DNA of 64,000 nt, from the NCBI GenBank assembly GCA_041659545.1, contig JBAZYB010000001.1, positions 119,510 to 183,509 on the forward strand. Reading direction: 5' to 3'. This DNA is from Hyphomicrobium sp. Lineage in GTDB: Bacteria; Pseudomonadota; Alphaproteobacteria; Rhizobiales; Hyphomicrobiaceae. Position numbers and translations under genes: made by a program. Every line of letters begins with the position of its first letter. The first letter of the stretch is position 1. A model generated the notes under the pieces. It saw only the letters and a program-made list of their open reading frames with translations. It was not told the origin of the DNA and ran no database searches. Below are positions 27,751-37,147 of the stretch, one piece after another.

Positions 27751-29237
27751 GTCCCCCCCGCCTCTCGGTGATGGATCTCCCGATCGACGCACCGGGCTCG
27801 TCGTTCCTTGACATGGCAGAAGCCTGCTCTGGGGAGCCGGAGTTTGTGTTCCTGGATGCGCAGGGAGACCACCCAGGGTGGGGAATGTCGATGTTCGCTT
27901 TCGCGCCAGTGGCCACCATCGTGGCGCGCAGCGATGAGACCACGGTCCGGAAGTGCGGGGTGGAGCGGCGGTCATCGCTGCCTGTTCTGGAGAGCATCGA
28001 AGAAGAATTGCGTCCTTACCGTCTGGACCTGCCAGATGGTCAAGCGCATCCCCACTTCGTCGGCGGCGCCGTCGGATACCTGGCATACGAACTCGGCCGC
28101 CAGTTGGAGGTGCTGCCATCCTCCGCGGTAAATGATCTCAGGTTGCCCACAGCCTATTTCAATATCTACAATTTTGCCGTTTGCTACGACCATCAGAGTG
28201 GTCGCTGCCGTTTGGCCTATGTTGACGGCTTTCCCTCTGACGCGCCCACGCGAGAAGCAATTCTGCGGCGCCTTGAATCGGCGTCGGCGACCCCGCGGGT
28301 TGCGGCAGCAGATTGGCGTGGACGGTTCGGAGCCATCACTTCCGACCTATCGAAGGCGGAGTATCTCGACGCGCTGAGTCGAATCAAGGAGTACATACGA
28401 AGCGGAGACGTGTACCAGGTGAACATGACCCAGCGTTTCCGGGCTCCACTGGGGATGTCTCCCTGGTCTCTCTGGAGGCGACTGGCTGCCATCAACCCCG
28501 CGCCCTTCGCGGCATATCTCAACCTGGATGAGCATTCAGTGATTTCGTCATCACCGGAGCTATTTCTCCGCGTTCGCGGCGACCGTGTGGAAACCAGGCC
28601 CATCAAGGGGACGATCCGTCGCAGCGCAGATTCCGTTGAAGACGCCATGTTCGCGCGTGAGCTGCTAGGCAGCGCGAAGAACAATGCCGAACTGGCGATG
28701 ATCGTCGATCTGATGAGGAATGATCTCGGCCGCGTGGCAATGCCGGGTACGGTCGAGGTCGAGGCTTGCCCAGTCCTGGAAACATACCCGTCGGTGCATC
28801 ACCTGGTCGCCACGGTGGCCGGCCGCCGCGATCCGTCCCTGTCGTTGTCAACGCTATTGCGCGCGACATTTCCGGGCGGCTCGATCACCGGTGCGCCGAA
28901 GATCCGCGCGATGGAGATCATCGACGAGCTTGAGCCCGTAGCACGCGGTGTATACACGGGCAGCATCGGGTATATCAGCTGCCACGGCACGATGGACCTC
29001 AACATCGCGATCCGGACGGTCATTGTGAAAGGGGACACGGCCTACTTTCACGCCGGCGGAGGCGTTGTCGCCGACTCCGAACCGGAACAGGAATATGAGG
29101 AACTGCTGCTCAAGGCGAGCCGTCTCGCGCAGGCCCTCACAGCCGACGGCCCGGTCGGGACGGAGAGCCCCTCCGGTCGTCTGCGCAGTGCCAGCGAAAG
29201 CCGAAACCCTTCCGCCATAACACAGAGGAGTAAGTGA
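27747..29237 (+). CDS. Chorismate-utilising enzyme component I (aminodeoxychorismate synthase PabB-like, or anthranilate/ADIC synthase)
   Basis: GDVYQVNMTQRF, SSSPELFLRV, FPGGSITGAPKIRAMEIIDELE and RGVYTGSIGY. ATGA overlap with the amidotransferase gene. Confidence 0.85.
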   Translation: MSPPRLSVMDLPIDAPGSSFLDMAEACSGEPEFVFLDAQGDHPGWGMSMFAFAPVATIVARSDETTVRKCGVERRSSLPVLESIEEELRPYRLDLPDGQAHPHFVGGAVGYLAYELGRQLEVLPSSAVNDLRLPTAYFNIYNFAVCYDHQSGRCRLAYVDGFPSDAPTREAILRRLESASATPRVAAADWRGRFGAITSDLSKAEYLDALSRIKEYIRSGDVYQVNMTQRFRAPLGMSPWSLWRRLAAINPAPFAAYLNLDEHSVISSSPELFLRVRGDRVETRPIKGTIRRSADSVEDAMFARELLGSAKNNAELAMIVDLMRNDLGRVAMPGTVEVEACPVLETYPSVHHLVATVAGRRDPSLSLSTLLRATFPGGSITGAPKIRAMEIIDELEPVARGVYTGSIGYISCHGTMDLNIAIRTVIVKGDTAYFHAGGGVVADSEPEQEYEELLLKASRLAQALTADGPVGTESPSGRLRSASESRNPSAITQRSK

Positions 29238-31198
29238 TGAAGAGTGTCGCGATCCTTGAGCTGGGCCTGATGGACCAGATGGTCCCGCTCGTCGGCGGCT
29301 ACCTCGAAGCGTATGCGAACCGCGACCCCTGGCTGCGCCAGTCCTATCGAATCGAAAAGCTCTGGGAGAGCGCGCGGGTCGACCAAGAACTGCTGCTGAA
29401 GCGCCTGGTGGACTGTGACGCCGATATCTACGCCCTCAGTTGCTATGTCTGGAACACCGGGTTGATCAAGGCGCTGCTGCCGCAACTACGAGCGCTCAAA
29501 CCGGAGGCCCAGTACATTCTTGGTGGGCCGCAGGTAATGGATCAAGCGCCGCGGATCCTGTTGCCGGAGACGGCAAACGTGACTATTTGCAATGGTGAGG
29601 GCGAAACCACCTTTGCCGACTATCTCAGGGAACTGACCGAGTCCAAGCCGGACCTGCACAAAGTGGGAGGCCTGAGTTTCATCGCCGACGGAACCGTTGT
29701 GACGACAGATAAACGGCAGCGGCTGACATCGATCGACGATATCCCGTCGCCGTTTCTGACGGGACTCTTCCGGGGGCAGTACCGCATGTCGATCCTGGAA
29801 ACCAACCGCGGTTGCCCGTTTCACTGCAGCTTCTGTTACTGGGGGGCCGCCACCAACGATCGGGTCTACAGCTTCGATCGGGATCGCGTGCGAGACGAGA
29901 TTGCTTGGATTGCCAAACAGGGGATTCCGTTCATGTTCCTGGCGGATGCCAATTGGGGCATGCGGACGCTGGACGTCGAGCAGACGCGGCACATCGCTGA
30001 GTGTCGGAAACAATACCTGTGCCCGCAGACCGTCTTTTACTCTGCGGCAAAGAACTCGCCAGACCGTGTCTGCGAAATCGTCGAGATTCTCGATAGTGCT
30101 GGAATTCTCGCGGCTCAACCGATTTCGCTGCAAACACAGGACGATCACACGCTGCAGGTCATCTCTCGAGAAAACATCAAGAAAGACGCCTATGCGCGAG
30201 TGCAAAAACGACTGGCGGAACGGCACATCAGCTCGTTCACTGAGGTGATCTGGCCCCTGCCGGGAGAGACGCTCACGACCTATACGACCGGAGTCGCCAG
30301 CGTTTGCCGAGCGGCCGGCCACACCAACACGATCATTTCGTATCCGCATCTCCTACTCGTCAACACACCCATGCATCGCCAACGCGAGGCGCTGGGATTG
30401 GTGACCAAGGGCATTGGCGACGGCCGCTGCGAGTCGGAACTCATCATCTCGACCGCCACAGCAAGCTACGATGACTACCTCGACGGGTTGCGCTTCTATT
30501 TCGCGACACTGCTCGCCTACAATTCACGTGGTCTGCGAAATCTCATGGCGTATCTGGACGCGGGTAACCGCGCCAGTTACGAAAGGGTGCTCTCGGAATT
30601 TGGCGAGTATTGCCGCGCCAACGTTGACCGTTCGCCGCTCTTCAGATACATAGAGGACGAGTCGATCGCAGGCCTGGAGGCGGCACGCTACAACAACTTC
30701 GGTGCTGTGATGCACTACGCGCTATGGCAACACCGCTCCGATTTCCAAGACCTATTGTGTGACTTCGTTGCCTCGCGATCCTATTGCGCCGACCGGGAAG
30801 CGCGGCTAGTGTTTGAGCTGGATCGCGTCCTGCTGCCCTTTATCTACAGCACCCCAACCCGCCAGAAATCCAATAGGCCGTTCGACTTGCTGTCCGTGAC
30901 CGCGAAGCCGGAGCGCAACATCAGCATCAGTGTACCTGAAGATCTGCGGGCCCTGGCCGCGACTATCCTCGCGCCTTACGGCGGAATAAATCAATCGACC
31001 GCGCGGTCCTACTCTATCGACCATGTGCGCCATCAGTTTCCCCATTGGCCGGCCAAGGGTATGCAGCAGAACGCCGACTATTGCTACGCCATGCTGTTGC
31101 GTATCGAGCGAATTACGCCCGTATGCTACGAGTCTGACAGTCCCGCCGCGGCACTCGGCGCGCGCACCGAAGAAAGCGCACTCGGGCGCATGCTGTGA
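29234..31198 (+). CDS. Cobalamin-binding-domain radical SAM enzyme (class B type), paralog 1
   Basis: N-terminal B12-like domain (VAILELGLMDQMVPLVGGYLEAY...DIYALSCYVWN...ILGGPQV) and the CX3CX2C cluster motif NRGCPFHCSFCYWG. 654 aa. Confidence 0.85.
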   Translation: MMKSVAILELGLMDQMVPLVGGYLEAYANRDPWLRQSYRIEKLWESARVDQELLLKRLVDCDADIYALSCYVWNTGLIKALLPQLRALKPEAQYILGGPQVMDQAPRILLPETANVTICNGEGETTFADYLRELTESKPDLHKVGGLSFIADGTVVTTDKRQRLTSIDDIPSPFLTGLFRGQYRMSILETNRGCPFHCSFCYWGAATNDRVYSFDRDRVRDEIAWIAKQGIPFMFLADANWGMRTLDVEQTRHIAECRKQYLCPQTVFYSAAKNSPDRVCEIVEILDSAGILAAQPISLQTQDDHTLQVISRENIKKDAYARVQKRLAERHISSFTEVIWPLPGETLTTYTTGVASVCRAAGHTNTIISYPHLLLVNTPMHRQREALGLVTKGIGDGRCESELIISTATASYDDYLDGLRFYFATLLAYNSRGLRNLMAYLDAGNRASYERVLSEFGEYCRANVDRSPLFRYIEDESIAGLEAARYNNFGAVMHYALWQHRSDFQDLLCDFVASRSYCADREARLVFELDRVLLPFIYSTPTRQKSNRPFDLLSVTAKPERNISISVPEDLRALAATILAPYGGINQSTARSYSIDHVRHQFPHWPAKGMQQNADYCYAMLLRIERITPVCYESDSPAAALGARTEESALGRML

Positions 31199-31205
31199 CG
31201 GGCGC

Positions 31206-32015
31206 ATGACCGTTTCGCACATGGCCCGTCTACGACATCGTTCGAAGTTCGCAGTCCTCACCGACGGCACTCGGTTGCACTACGTTGAGGCCGGCGCCGG
31301 GCCCACCTTGCTCATGGTGCCTGGTTGGATGGGGTCGGTCGAATACTGGACTGACCAGATCGAAGCGCTTGCCGCTAGCCACCGAGTGATCGCTTTGGAT
31401 CCGCGATCCCACGGCCGTTCCGAACAGACTGCCGACGGCAACTCGATCGCACAGCGGGGAGCGGATATCTGGAACCTAATCGAGAGGTTGGATCTGGCGC
31501 CGACTGGCATCGTCGCGTGGTCACTAGCTGTCGCCGATGTGCTGAGCATGGTCAAGGAGCGTGGGACCGGGCATGTTCGTCAACTTATTCTGGTCGATGG
31601 TCCCATCGTCAGTTGGACCCTTCAGCCGGAGATGTTGCAGCGGTGGATGCAGCAGCTGCGTGTGCTTCAACAGAACCGACCTCAGTTCGTGGAGGACTGG
31701 ACCAAGCGAATGTTCAAGCGACCGCCAGACCCCGTCAGGCTCGCACGGCTGGTCAAAGAGGCCATGAAAGTGCCGACCAATACCTCCCTGGCAATCCAGA
31801 TGGACTCCCTCGACTTCGACTACCGGGAAACGCTGCGCTCGCTCGACCGACCGACGATGTACATCGGACGCGGCGAGACGCCGGGAACGCAGTTCGACAT
31901 GTTCACACAGCTACTGCCAGAAGCACCAACCGTCGTGTTCCCCGGATGCGGACACGCGATGTTCATGGACGACCCGCGAAGATTCAACGAGCTTGTCCGC
32001 GAGTTTTGTTCCTGA
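31206..32015 (+). CDS. Alpha/beta hydrolase (Ser nucleophile)
   Basis: LHYVEAGAGPTLLMVPGW, nucleophile elbow VAWSLAV and FPGCGHAMFMDDP. Confidence 0.75.
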   Translation: MTVSHMARLRHRSKFAVLTDGTRLHYVEAGAGPTLLMVPGWMGSVEYWTDQIEALAASHRVIALDPRSHGRSEQTADGNSIAQRGADIWNLIERLDLAPTGIVAWSLAVADVLSMVKERGTGHVRQLILVDGPIVSWTLQPEMLQRWMQQLRVLQQNRPQFVEDWTKRMFKRPPDPVRLARLVKEAMKVPTNTSLAIQMDSLDFDYRETLRSLDRPTMYIGRGETPGTQFDMFTQLLPEAPTVVFPGCGHAMFMDDPRRFNELVREFCS

Positions 32016-32025
32016 AAGCGCAGTC

Positions 32026-32730
32026 GTGAAACGAATCGGCATTCTCGGCGGGTCAAGCGAGCACTCAACGGCAGATTACTACCGGCGTCTGAACGCGGCC
32101 ATCAACATGCGACTTGGCGGGCTAAATACCGCCGAACTGCTCATATCATCGATGAACTTCGCCCTGAGTGCGGACTGCGTGCATGAGAATCGATGGCGCG
32201 AACTCGGAGCGTACTTGGCTGAGAGAGCCAAGGCTCTCCAGCGCGCGGGTGCGGACCTGCTGATCTGTTCTTCGAATACCTTGCATCTCGTGGCCGACCA
32301 GTTCTGCGAGGGGTTACAGATGCCATTTCTACACATCGCCGATCCCACCGCGACTGCGATGGTCTCGGCCGGTGTGAGGCGGGCGGCTCTCCTCGGAACG
32401 TTGCCAGTCATGTCGACAGAGTCGTTCCCCCGTCGCTACGAGGCGCGCGGCGTCGAGATTATGGTGCCGCGGCCGGACGAGCAGGCGGTCATTCATCGGA
32501 TAATTTATGACGAGTTGTGTCTCGGATGCATTCGTGATGAGTCACGCCTGCGGTACCTCGAGATTGTCGATGCCCTTGTCTCGCGTGGGGCCACCGGGGT
32601 GGTGCTCGGCTGCACCGAGATTCCGTTGTTGCTACGACAAAGCGATCGGCCCAATGTCCTGATGTTCGACACTACGGGATTGCACGTCGATGCCGCTGCC
32701 GACGCCGCACTGAACCCTTCCGCAGAATAG
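32026..32730 (+). CDS. Aspartate/glutamate racemase family protein, YgeA/RacX-like
   Basis: IGILGGSSEHSTADYYRRLN, LLICSSNTLHLVAD and VLGCTEIPLL. From memory it is collinear with E. coli YgeA. GTG start. Confidence 0.75.
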   Translation: MKRIGILGGSSEHSTADYYRRLNAAINMRLGGLNTAELLISSMNFALSADCVHENRWRELGAYLAERAKALQRAGADLLICSSNTLHLVADQFCEGLQMPFLHIADPTATAMVSAGVRRAALLGTLPVMSTESFPRRYEARGVEIMVPRPDEQAVIHRIIYDELCLGCIRDESRLRYLEIVDALVSRGATGVVLGCTEIPLLLRQSDRPNVLMFDTTGLHVDAAADAALNPSAE

Positions 32731-32790
32731 TTGGATAGAACCGTTTCATCGTGTCGCGTTCTCGATCGGACCGCGTGCCGCCGGGAACAG

Positions 32791-33804
32791 ATGGTTATCG
32801 CGAGCGAGTGTTTTCGAAGCAATCTGGTCGGAGAGCCGTCGACGCGTACGGCTCAAGTGGTCTTGCCGGCGGACTACGACAGTTCGAGCGACAGGTATCC
32901 AGTTGTTGTTCTGCTTCACGGCTTCGGTCGGAACTCGGCTAGGTCGGGCCTGTGGTTTGGCGAAGGTTACGCCGCCGATCTGGACCTAACTGCTGTACTC
33001 GCCTCTGCAGTCGGACTAGGCAGAGCGCGGCCGATGATTCTTGTGTGTCCAGATGGCGGGACGTGGCTTGGTGGCGGGATGTGGCACGACTCACCGATTT
33101 CCGGCATGGCGGCGACGTTCGTCGCCGACGAACTGGTTCGCGAGGTCGACCGTCAGTTTAGAACAGTTGCTCTGCCAGCCTATCGAGGCATTGCTGGTCA
33201 CTCCATGGGAGGCCAGGGTGCGCTGCAAATTGTGATGAACCATCCCAAGGTGTTCGCCTCGGCGTACTCGCTTAACGCGATGATGTCGTTCAACGAGTCA
33301 CAGCTGCTCCGGTACTCGGACGCTTGGCGTCTGGCTTTGTCAGAGGGGCAGCGTTCGGAAGACTGGAGCGAAATGGCGTGCGCCTATCTCGCCATGTGCA
33401 TGGCGTTCTGCTGGACCGGTCGCCAGCCGATGTGTGGGGTCAAGTTTCCAATAGTCGATTCGCCGCGCGGACCCCGAGTCGAGCCCGCGGTCGCCGAGCG
33501 CTTCCTTTCACAGTGGCCATCGCAGACCTTCCAGACATCCAATGCGGCAGCAACTCTGCGCGGTTTACTCGGACTCGGTCTCGAAGTCGCCCTTGACGAC
33601 GAGTTCGACTGGGGTGTTGAGTCGAATCGCAGATTCATCCGTCAGTTGCAAGCCGCTGGCGTGCCGTATCAGTACACGGAAGCCGCCGGAAGCCACACGT
33701 CTGGGATCGCGGAGAGGCTTGAGAACCGGGTACTGCCCTTCTTCTCAACATGTTTCGCTAAGGCCGGGGCAGTGCGAGACGACCTGATAGAGAGCAGAGC
33801 ATGA
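32791..33804 (+). CDS. Esterase (putative esterase / esterase D-like family)
   Basis: YPVVVLLHGFGRN, GIAGHSMGGQGAL and a C-terminal GSHTSG. Start is ATG 32791 or TTG 32731. Confidence 0.7.
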   Translation: MVIASECFRSNLVGEPSTRTAQVVLPADYDSSSDRYPVVVLLHGFGRNSARSGLWFGEGYAADLDLTAVLASAVGLGRARPMILVCPDGGTWLGGGMWHDSPISGMAATFVADELVREVDRQFRTVALPAYRGIAGHSMGGQGALQIVMNHPKVFASAYSLNAMMSFNESQLLRYSDAWRLALSEGQRSEDWSEMACAYLAMCMAFCWTGRQPMCGVKFPIVDSPRGPRVEPAVAERFLSQWPSQTFQTSNAAATLRGLLGLGLEVALDDEFDWGVESNRRFIRQLQAAGVPYQYTEAAGSHTSGIAERLENRVLPFFSTCFAKAGAVRDDLIESRA

Positions 33805-34568
33805 ATCCAAAAGCAGCGGCGTGGGATCGGGTTGGCGGTGCCTTTTGGAGACTCGGGCGGCCCTCCGCCAAGCCGTCGCAAGCCGCAATCGATCTCTACC
33901 TCGCAGGTATGCGAACGAACGATCGCGTGTGCGTGGTAGGTGCAAGTACGAAGAGCGTTGTGGCCGCTGCCCTTGACCGGGGGCTCGAAGTATCAGTGAT
34001 CGACTTTTCCTCGGTCATGTGTGAGGACCTGGAGACGGAGATTCCGTCGGCGCGGCTGCGTTGTTACCATCGGGACATCCTCGCAGAGCCCGAGCCTTCG
34101 CTCCGAGGCCGTTTTGACCTGCTGATCGCGGACCGCCTAGTCAACCGAATGGAACGTGATGAGATTCCGCGTCTCTTCATCAACATGGCTGCGATGCTTC
34201 GGCCCGGCCGTGAACTGCGAGTTGGCGTCAAGATCGGTTTCTATCCATCAGATTCCTTGCTGATCGAGGAAGGACGGCGTGCAGGGACGCTGTCTCGTTT
34301 TTTTGACGAGCGCAATTCCACGATTGACTACTCAAAGGCTACCGACGAGCTGTCGCGGATTGCCTTGACCCATGGCGATATTCCTCGCGAGACCCTATTG
34401 GTCTGGTACGCCGGTCGTGGCCGGGAGAGTCGATTCGAGTTGGCCGACTTGTCCCGGGCCGTCGCGGTCGCGCAAACGTCTAGTTCAGGTTTGTCGTCAC
34501 ACTCAGTGCGTGACTTGCCGGATGCTGACTCAAGCGTCCTACTGACGCTGCGGTTGGCGGCAGCCTGA
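33801..34568 (+). CDS. Methyltransferase-fold protein with divergent SAM motif I
   Basis: Rossmann-like VCVVGASTKSVVAAALDRGLEVSVIDFS and FDLLIADRLVNRM. The Gly-rich motif I is degenerate. ATGA overlap upstream. Confidence 0.45.
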   Translation: MNPKAAAWDRVGGAFWRLGRPSAKPSQAAIDLYLAGMRTNDRVCVVGASTKSVVAAALDRGLEVSVIDFSSVMCEDLETEIPSARLRCYHRDILAEPEPSLRGRFDLLIADRLVNRMERDEIPRLFINMAAMLRPGRELRVGVKIGFYPSDSLLIEEGRRAGTLSRFFDERNSTIDYSKATDELSRIALTHGDIPRETLLVWYAGRGRESRFELADLSRAVAVAQTSSSGLSSHSVRDLPDADSSVLLTLRLAAA

Positions 34569-34578
34569 GTCCATCGGA

Positions 34579-36330
34579 ATGTGCGGTATTGCCGGCGTGT
34601 TGCATCCTACGGATGCGCCTCTCCTCGTTGCGTCCTTGCTTCACCGGCTGCGCCATCGAGGTCCTGACGGGGAGTTGGTGGTGTCCGGAGAAGGCTGTGC
34701 CCTCGGAGTACGAAGGCTGGCGGTACGCGGCGCCGCTTCCGACCGGAATCCCATAATCGAGGCTAGTCGAATCGTGGCGCTGAACGGCGAGATCTATCGG
34801 TTTCCGCAAACCGGGCCGGTCCGTGGACGCGTTCCGACCAATCCGCTTGAGGAGGTTAGGGCGATCTTGGCGTCCGAAGCAGCTGGCGTGAGACCCGAAG
34901 GAATGTATGCAATCGCGGAGTTCGAGGGCGCTCTTGGCGAGTTGAGATTGCAACGGGATCAGTTTGGGATGAAGCCCCTTTTCTGGCGCGTCCATGGCGA
35001 CACGCTCCTGTTTGCGTCCGAAACCAAGGCCCTGCGAATGCAAACAGCGCCCGAAGCGGTCGATTGCTCGGCAATAGATGACATTCTCGCGTTTGGTCGG
35101 CCTCTAGGTTCCAGGACCCCTTACCGAGGCATCCGGCCGGTACCTCGAGGAAAGTCTGTTGTTTTCTTCAAGCGAGGCGAAGTCATAAGCCCTGCGATGA
35201 CTCGTCCGCTGCTTCCCGCGCCGTCCTACCCTGGGGGCCTGCGACAGGCTGTGCGCGAATCGTTGCTGGCCTGCCTTCAAACCAACCGAGCCGTGGGACT
35301 TGCCATCAGTGGCGGCATTGACTCGACCATCCTCGCGTGGGAGCTCAATGACTTGGGCGTCGAAGCCCTGACGACATTCAGTGTCCATGTGGAAGGTGCT
35401 GCCGACGGGGTCCGAGATCTGGGAAACCTTGGCCTCCCTGCGAACGGGCCATGGCGGCGGTGGCGCCACGTCAACGTGCCGGTGCGTGCTGACCAATTGT
35501 TCGAATTGACGAACGAGTCGGTCCAGGCAATGGACACGCCGCATCGAATGACGAGTGCGCCCTTGTGCATCGCACTGGCTCGAGCCGTGGCGAAAGATGA
35601 GATCTCGGTTCTGCTGACCGGCGAAGGGCCAGACGAATTGTTCTTTGGCTATGAAAGCCATCGCCGGTTCTTTCAGGGCATCACCAGCCGGCCTCGGTCC
35701 CGACAAACAGCCCGGTTGGCAGACTTGACCAATTTCGCGCTGCAGGGGACCGGCCGGCACATGTTGAACCTCGTCTTGCCTAATCGGCGCTCCGAGGCGT
35801 GCGTCGAGCGGTTTGCGCGCCGCTATAGGGCTCTGGCCCATGGCTCGCCCGCGGCCGCGCTAGGCGAAGTCGAATTGGACCTGAGTCTGGAACCCCTGCT
35901 GGCGCGTACTGATCAGTGCCTGATGAAGTACGGCATCGAGGGACGAATGCCGTTCTTGCATGACGCTGTGCCCGCACTGGCTGCCAGTGTGTCCGAGAGG
36001 GCGGCGGGCCAGACCGTGTCCAAGCAACAGTTCCGTGAAGCGTGGGCCGACTGTCTGCCCCCGCAACTGCTGTTCAAGAAGAAAGTGGCGTTCCGGAGTC
36101 CGCTACGCGATTGGGTCGCCAAAGGCGACGGCGGATGGCTGAGAGCGTACTTGGTAGATGCGCGCGACGAGTTAGCCAAGATCGGCCTGAATGTAGATCC
36201 CCTGGTGACGCGCGCGGAATCAACCCAGAAACACGTCTTGATGTCGTTCGCCCTGTGCACGACTGCGATGTGGCTGCGCTCAATGTCCCAGCAGTCGGCG
36301 AGTCAACTCAACCATCCCACAGCCAGCTAG
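34579..36330 (+). CDS. Asparagine synthetase (glutamine-hydrolysing, AsnB) family amidotransferase
   Basis: N-terminal MCGIAG (Ntn Cys2), GMKPLFW, and the PP-loop GLAISGGIDSTILA. 583 aa. Confidence 0.85.
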   Translation: MCGIAGVLHPTDAPLLVASLLHRLRHRGPDGELVVSGEGCALGVRRLAVRGAASDRNPIIEASRIVALNGEIYRFPQTGPVRGRVPTNPLEEVRAILASEAAGVRPEGMYAIAEFEGALGELRLQRDQFGMKPLFWRVHGDTLLFASETKALRMQTAPEAVDCSAIDDILAFGRPLGSRTPYRGIRPVPRGKSVVFFKRGEVISPAMTRPLLPAPSYPGGLRQAVRESLLACLQTNRAVGLAISGGIDSTILAWELNDLGVEALTTFSVHVEGAADGVRDLGNLGLPANGPWRRWRHVNVPVRADQLFELTNESVQAMDTPHRMTSAPLCIALARAVAKDEISVLLTGEGPDELFFGYESHRRFFQGITSRPRSRQTARLADLTNFALQGTGRHMLNLVLPNRRSEACVERFARRYRALAHGSPAAALGEVELDLSLEPLLARTDQCLMKYGIEGRMPFLHDAVPALAASVSERAAGQTVSKQQFREAWADCLPPQLLFKKKVAFRSPLRDWVAKGDGGWLRAYLVDARDELAKIGLNVDPLVTRAESTQKHVLMSFALCTTAMWLRSMSQQSASQLNHPTAS

Positions 36331-36346
36331 CTAACGAGGTCGATGA

Positions 36347-37147
36347 ATGACACAGAACACCACAGCCGGATTGAGTTTCGGTGCTCGAACTGCTGCCTAC
36401 AAGAAGTTTCGGCTGTCATACCCTCCGGAACTGCACTCGACAATCGAATCGCTCGTGCCGCCGGAGCGCCGCGGATTGGCGGTCGACGTTGGCAGCGGAA
36501 CAGGCCATTCGGTCCTGCCTCTGATTGGGCGCTTCAGAAACGTCATTGCGGTCGAACCCGACGCTCGAATGGCCAATGAGATCCCGCCGAGCGCAAACCT
36601 CGAGGTGCGCAACGTCCGGGCCGAAGAGGCCGAGTTTGCCTTTCAATCTGTCGATCTGGTGACTTGCGGGACAGCGTTCTATTGGATGGACGGGCCGGTG
36701 GTGCTAGACCGAATTCGACGCTGGCTGAAACCGGAGTCACCGTTCGCGATCTTCAGGTATGCCCTGCCGGAACTGCCGCCAGCGGTGGGGGCGATCCTGG
36801 ATAGAGAGTTCAGGAATCACTGGGATAAATTCCGGCACGTTCGCCTACTGGACGAAGACTACAGCCGGCGCGTTGTCGAAGCAGACGCCCGGTTTGTCAA
36901 CAAGCAGGTGCATCGGCTGCCGCTGTACACGGAGATGACCGCAGAAAGCTTCACCGGGTTCTTTGGATCAACTTCTTATGTCGGCGCCTACTTGCGCACC
37001 ATCGCCAACGGCGACGAGTACCTCTCGGCTCTCGAACGCGAGGTCGCGCAGGCAGTTGACGGCAAGGAATTTCGCGTCAACTTCCCAACTGAGCTAATTG
37101 TTGGGTTTACCCTCCCCGCCGAAGACTGGAGCGATGATGTTTGCTAA
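36347..37147 (+). CDS. Class I SAM-dependent methyltransferase
   Basis: LAVDVGSGTGHSVLPL, IAVEPDARM and VDLVTCGTAFYWMD. Confidence 0.75.
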   Translation: MTQNTTAGLSFGARTAAYKKFRLSYPPELHSTIESLVPPERRGLAVDVGSGTGHSVLPLIGRFRNVIAVEPDARMANEIPPSANLEVRNVRAEEAEFAFQSVDLVTCGTAFYWMDGPVVLDRIRRWLKPESPFAIFRYALPELPPAVGAILDREFRNHWDKFRHVRLLDEDYSRRVVEADARFVNKQVHRLPLYTEMTAESFTGFFGSTSYVGAYLRTIANGDEYLSALEREVAQAVDGKEFRVNFPTELIVGFTLPAEDWSDDVC

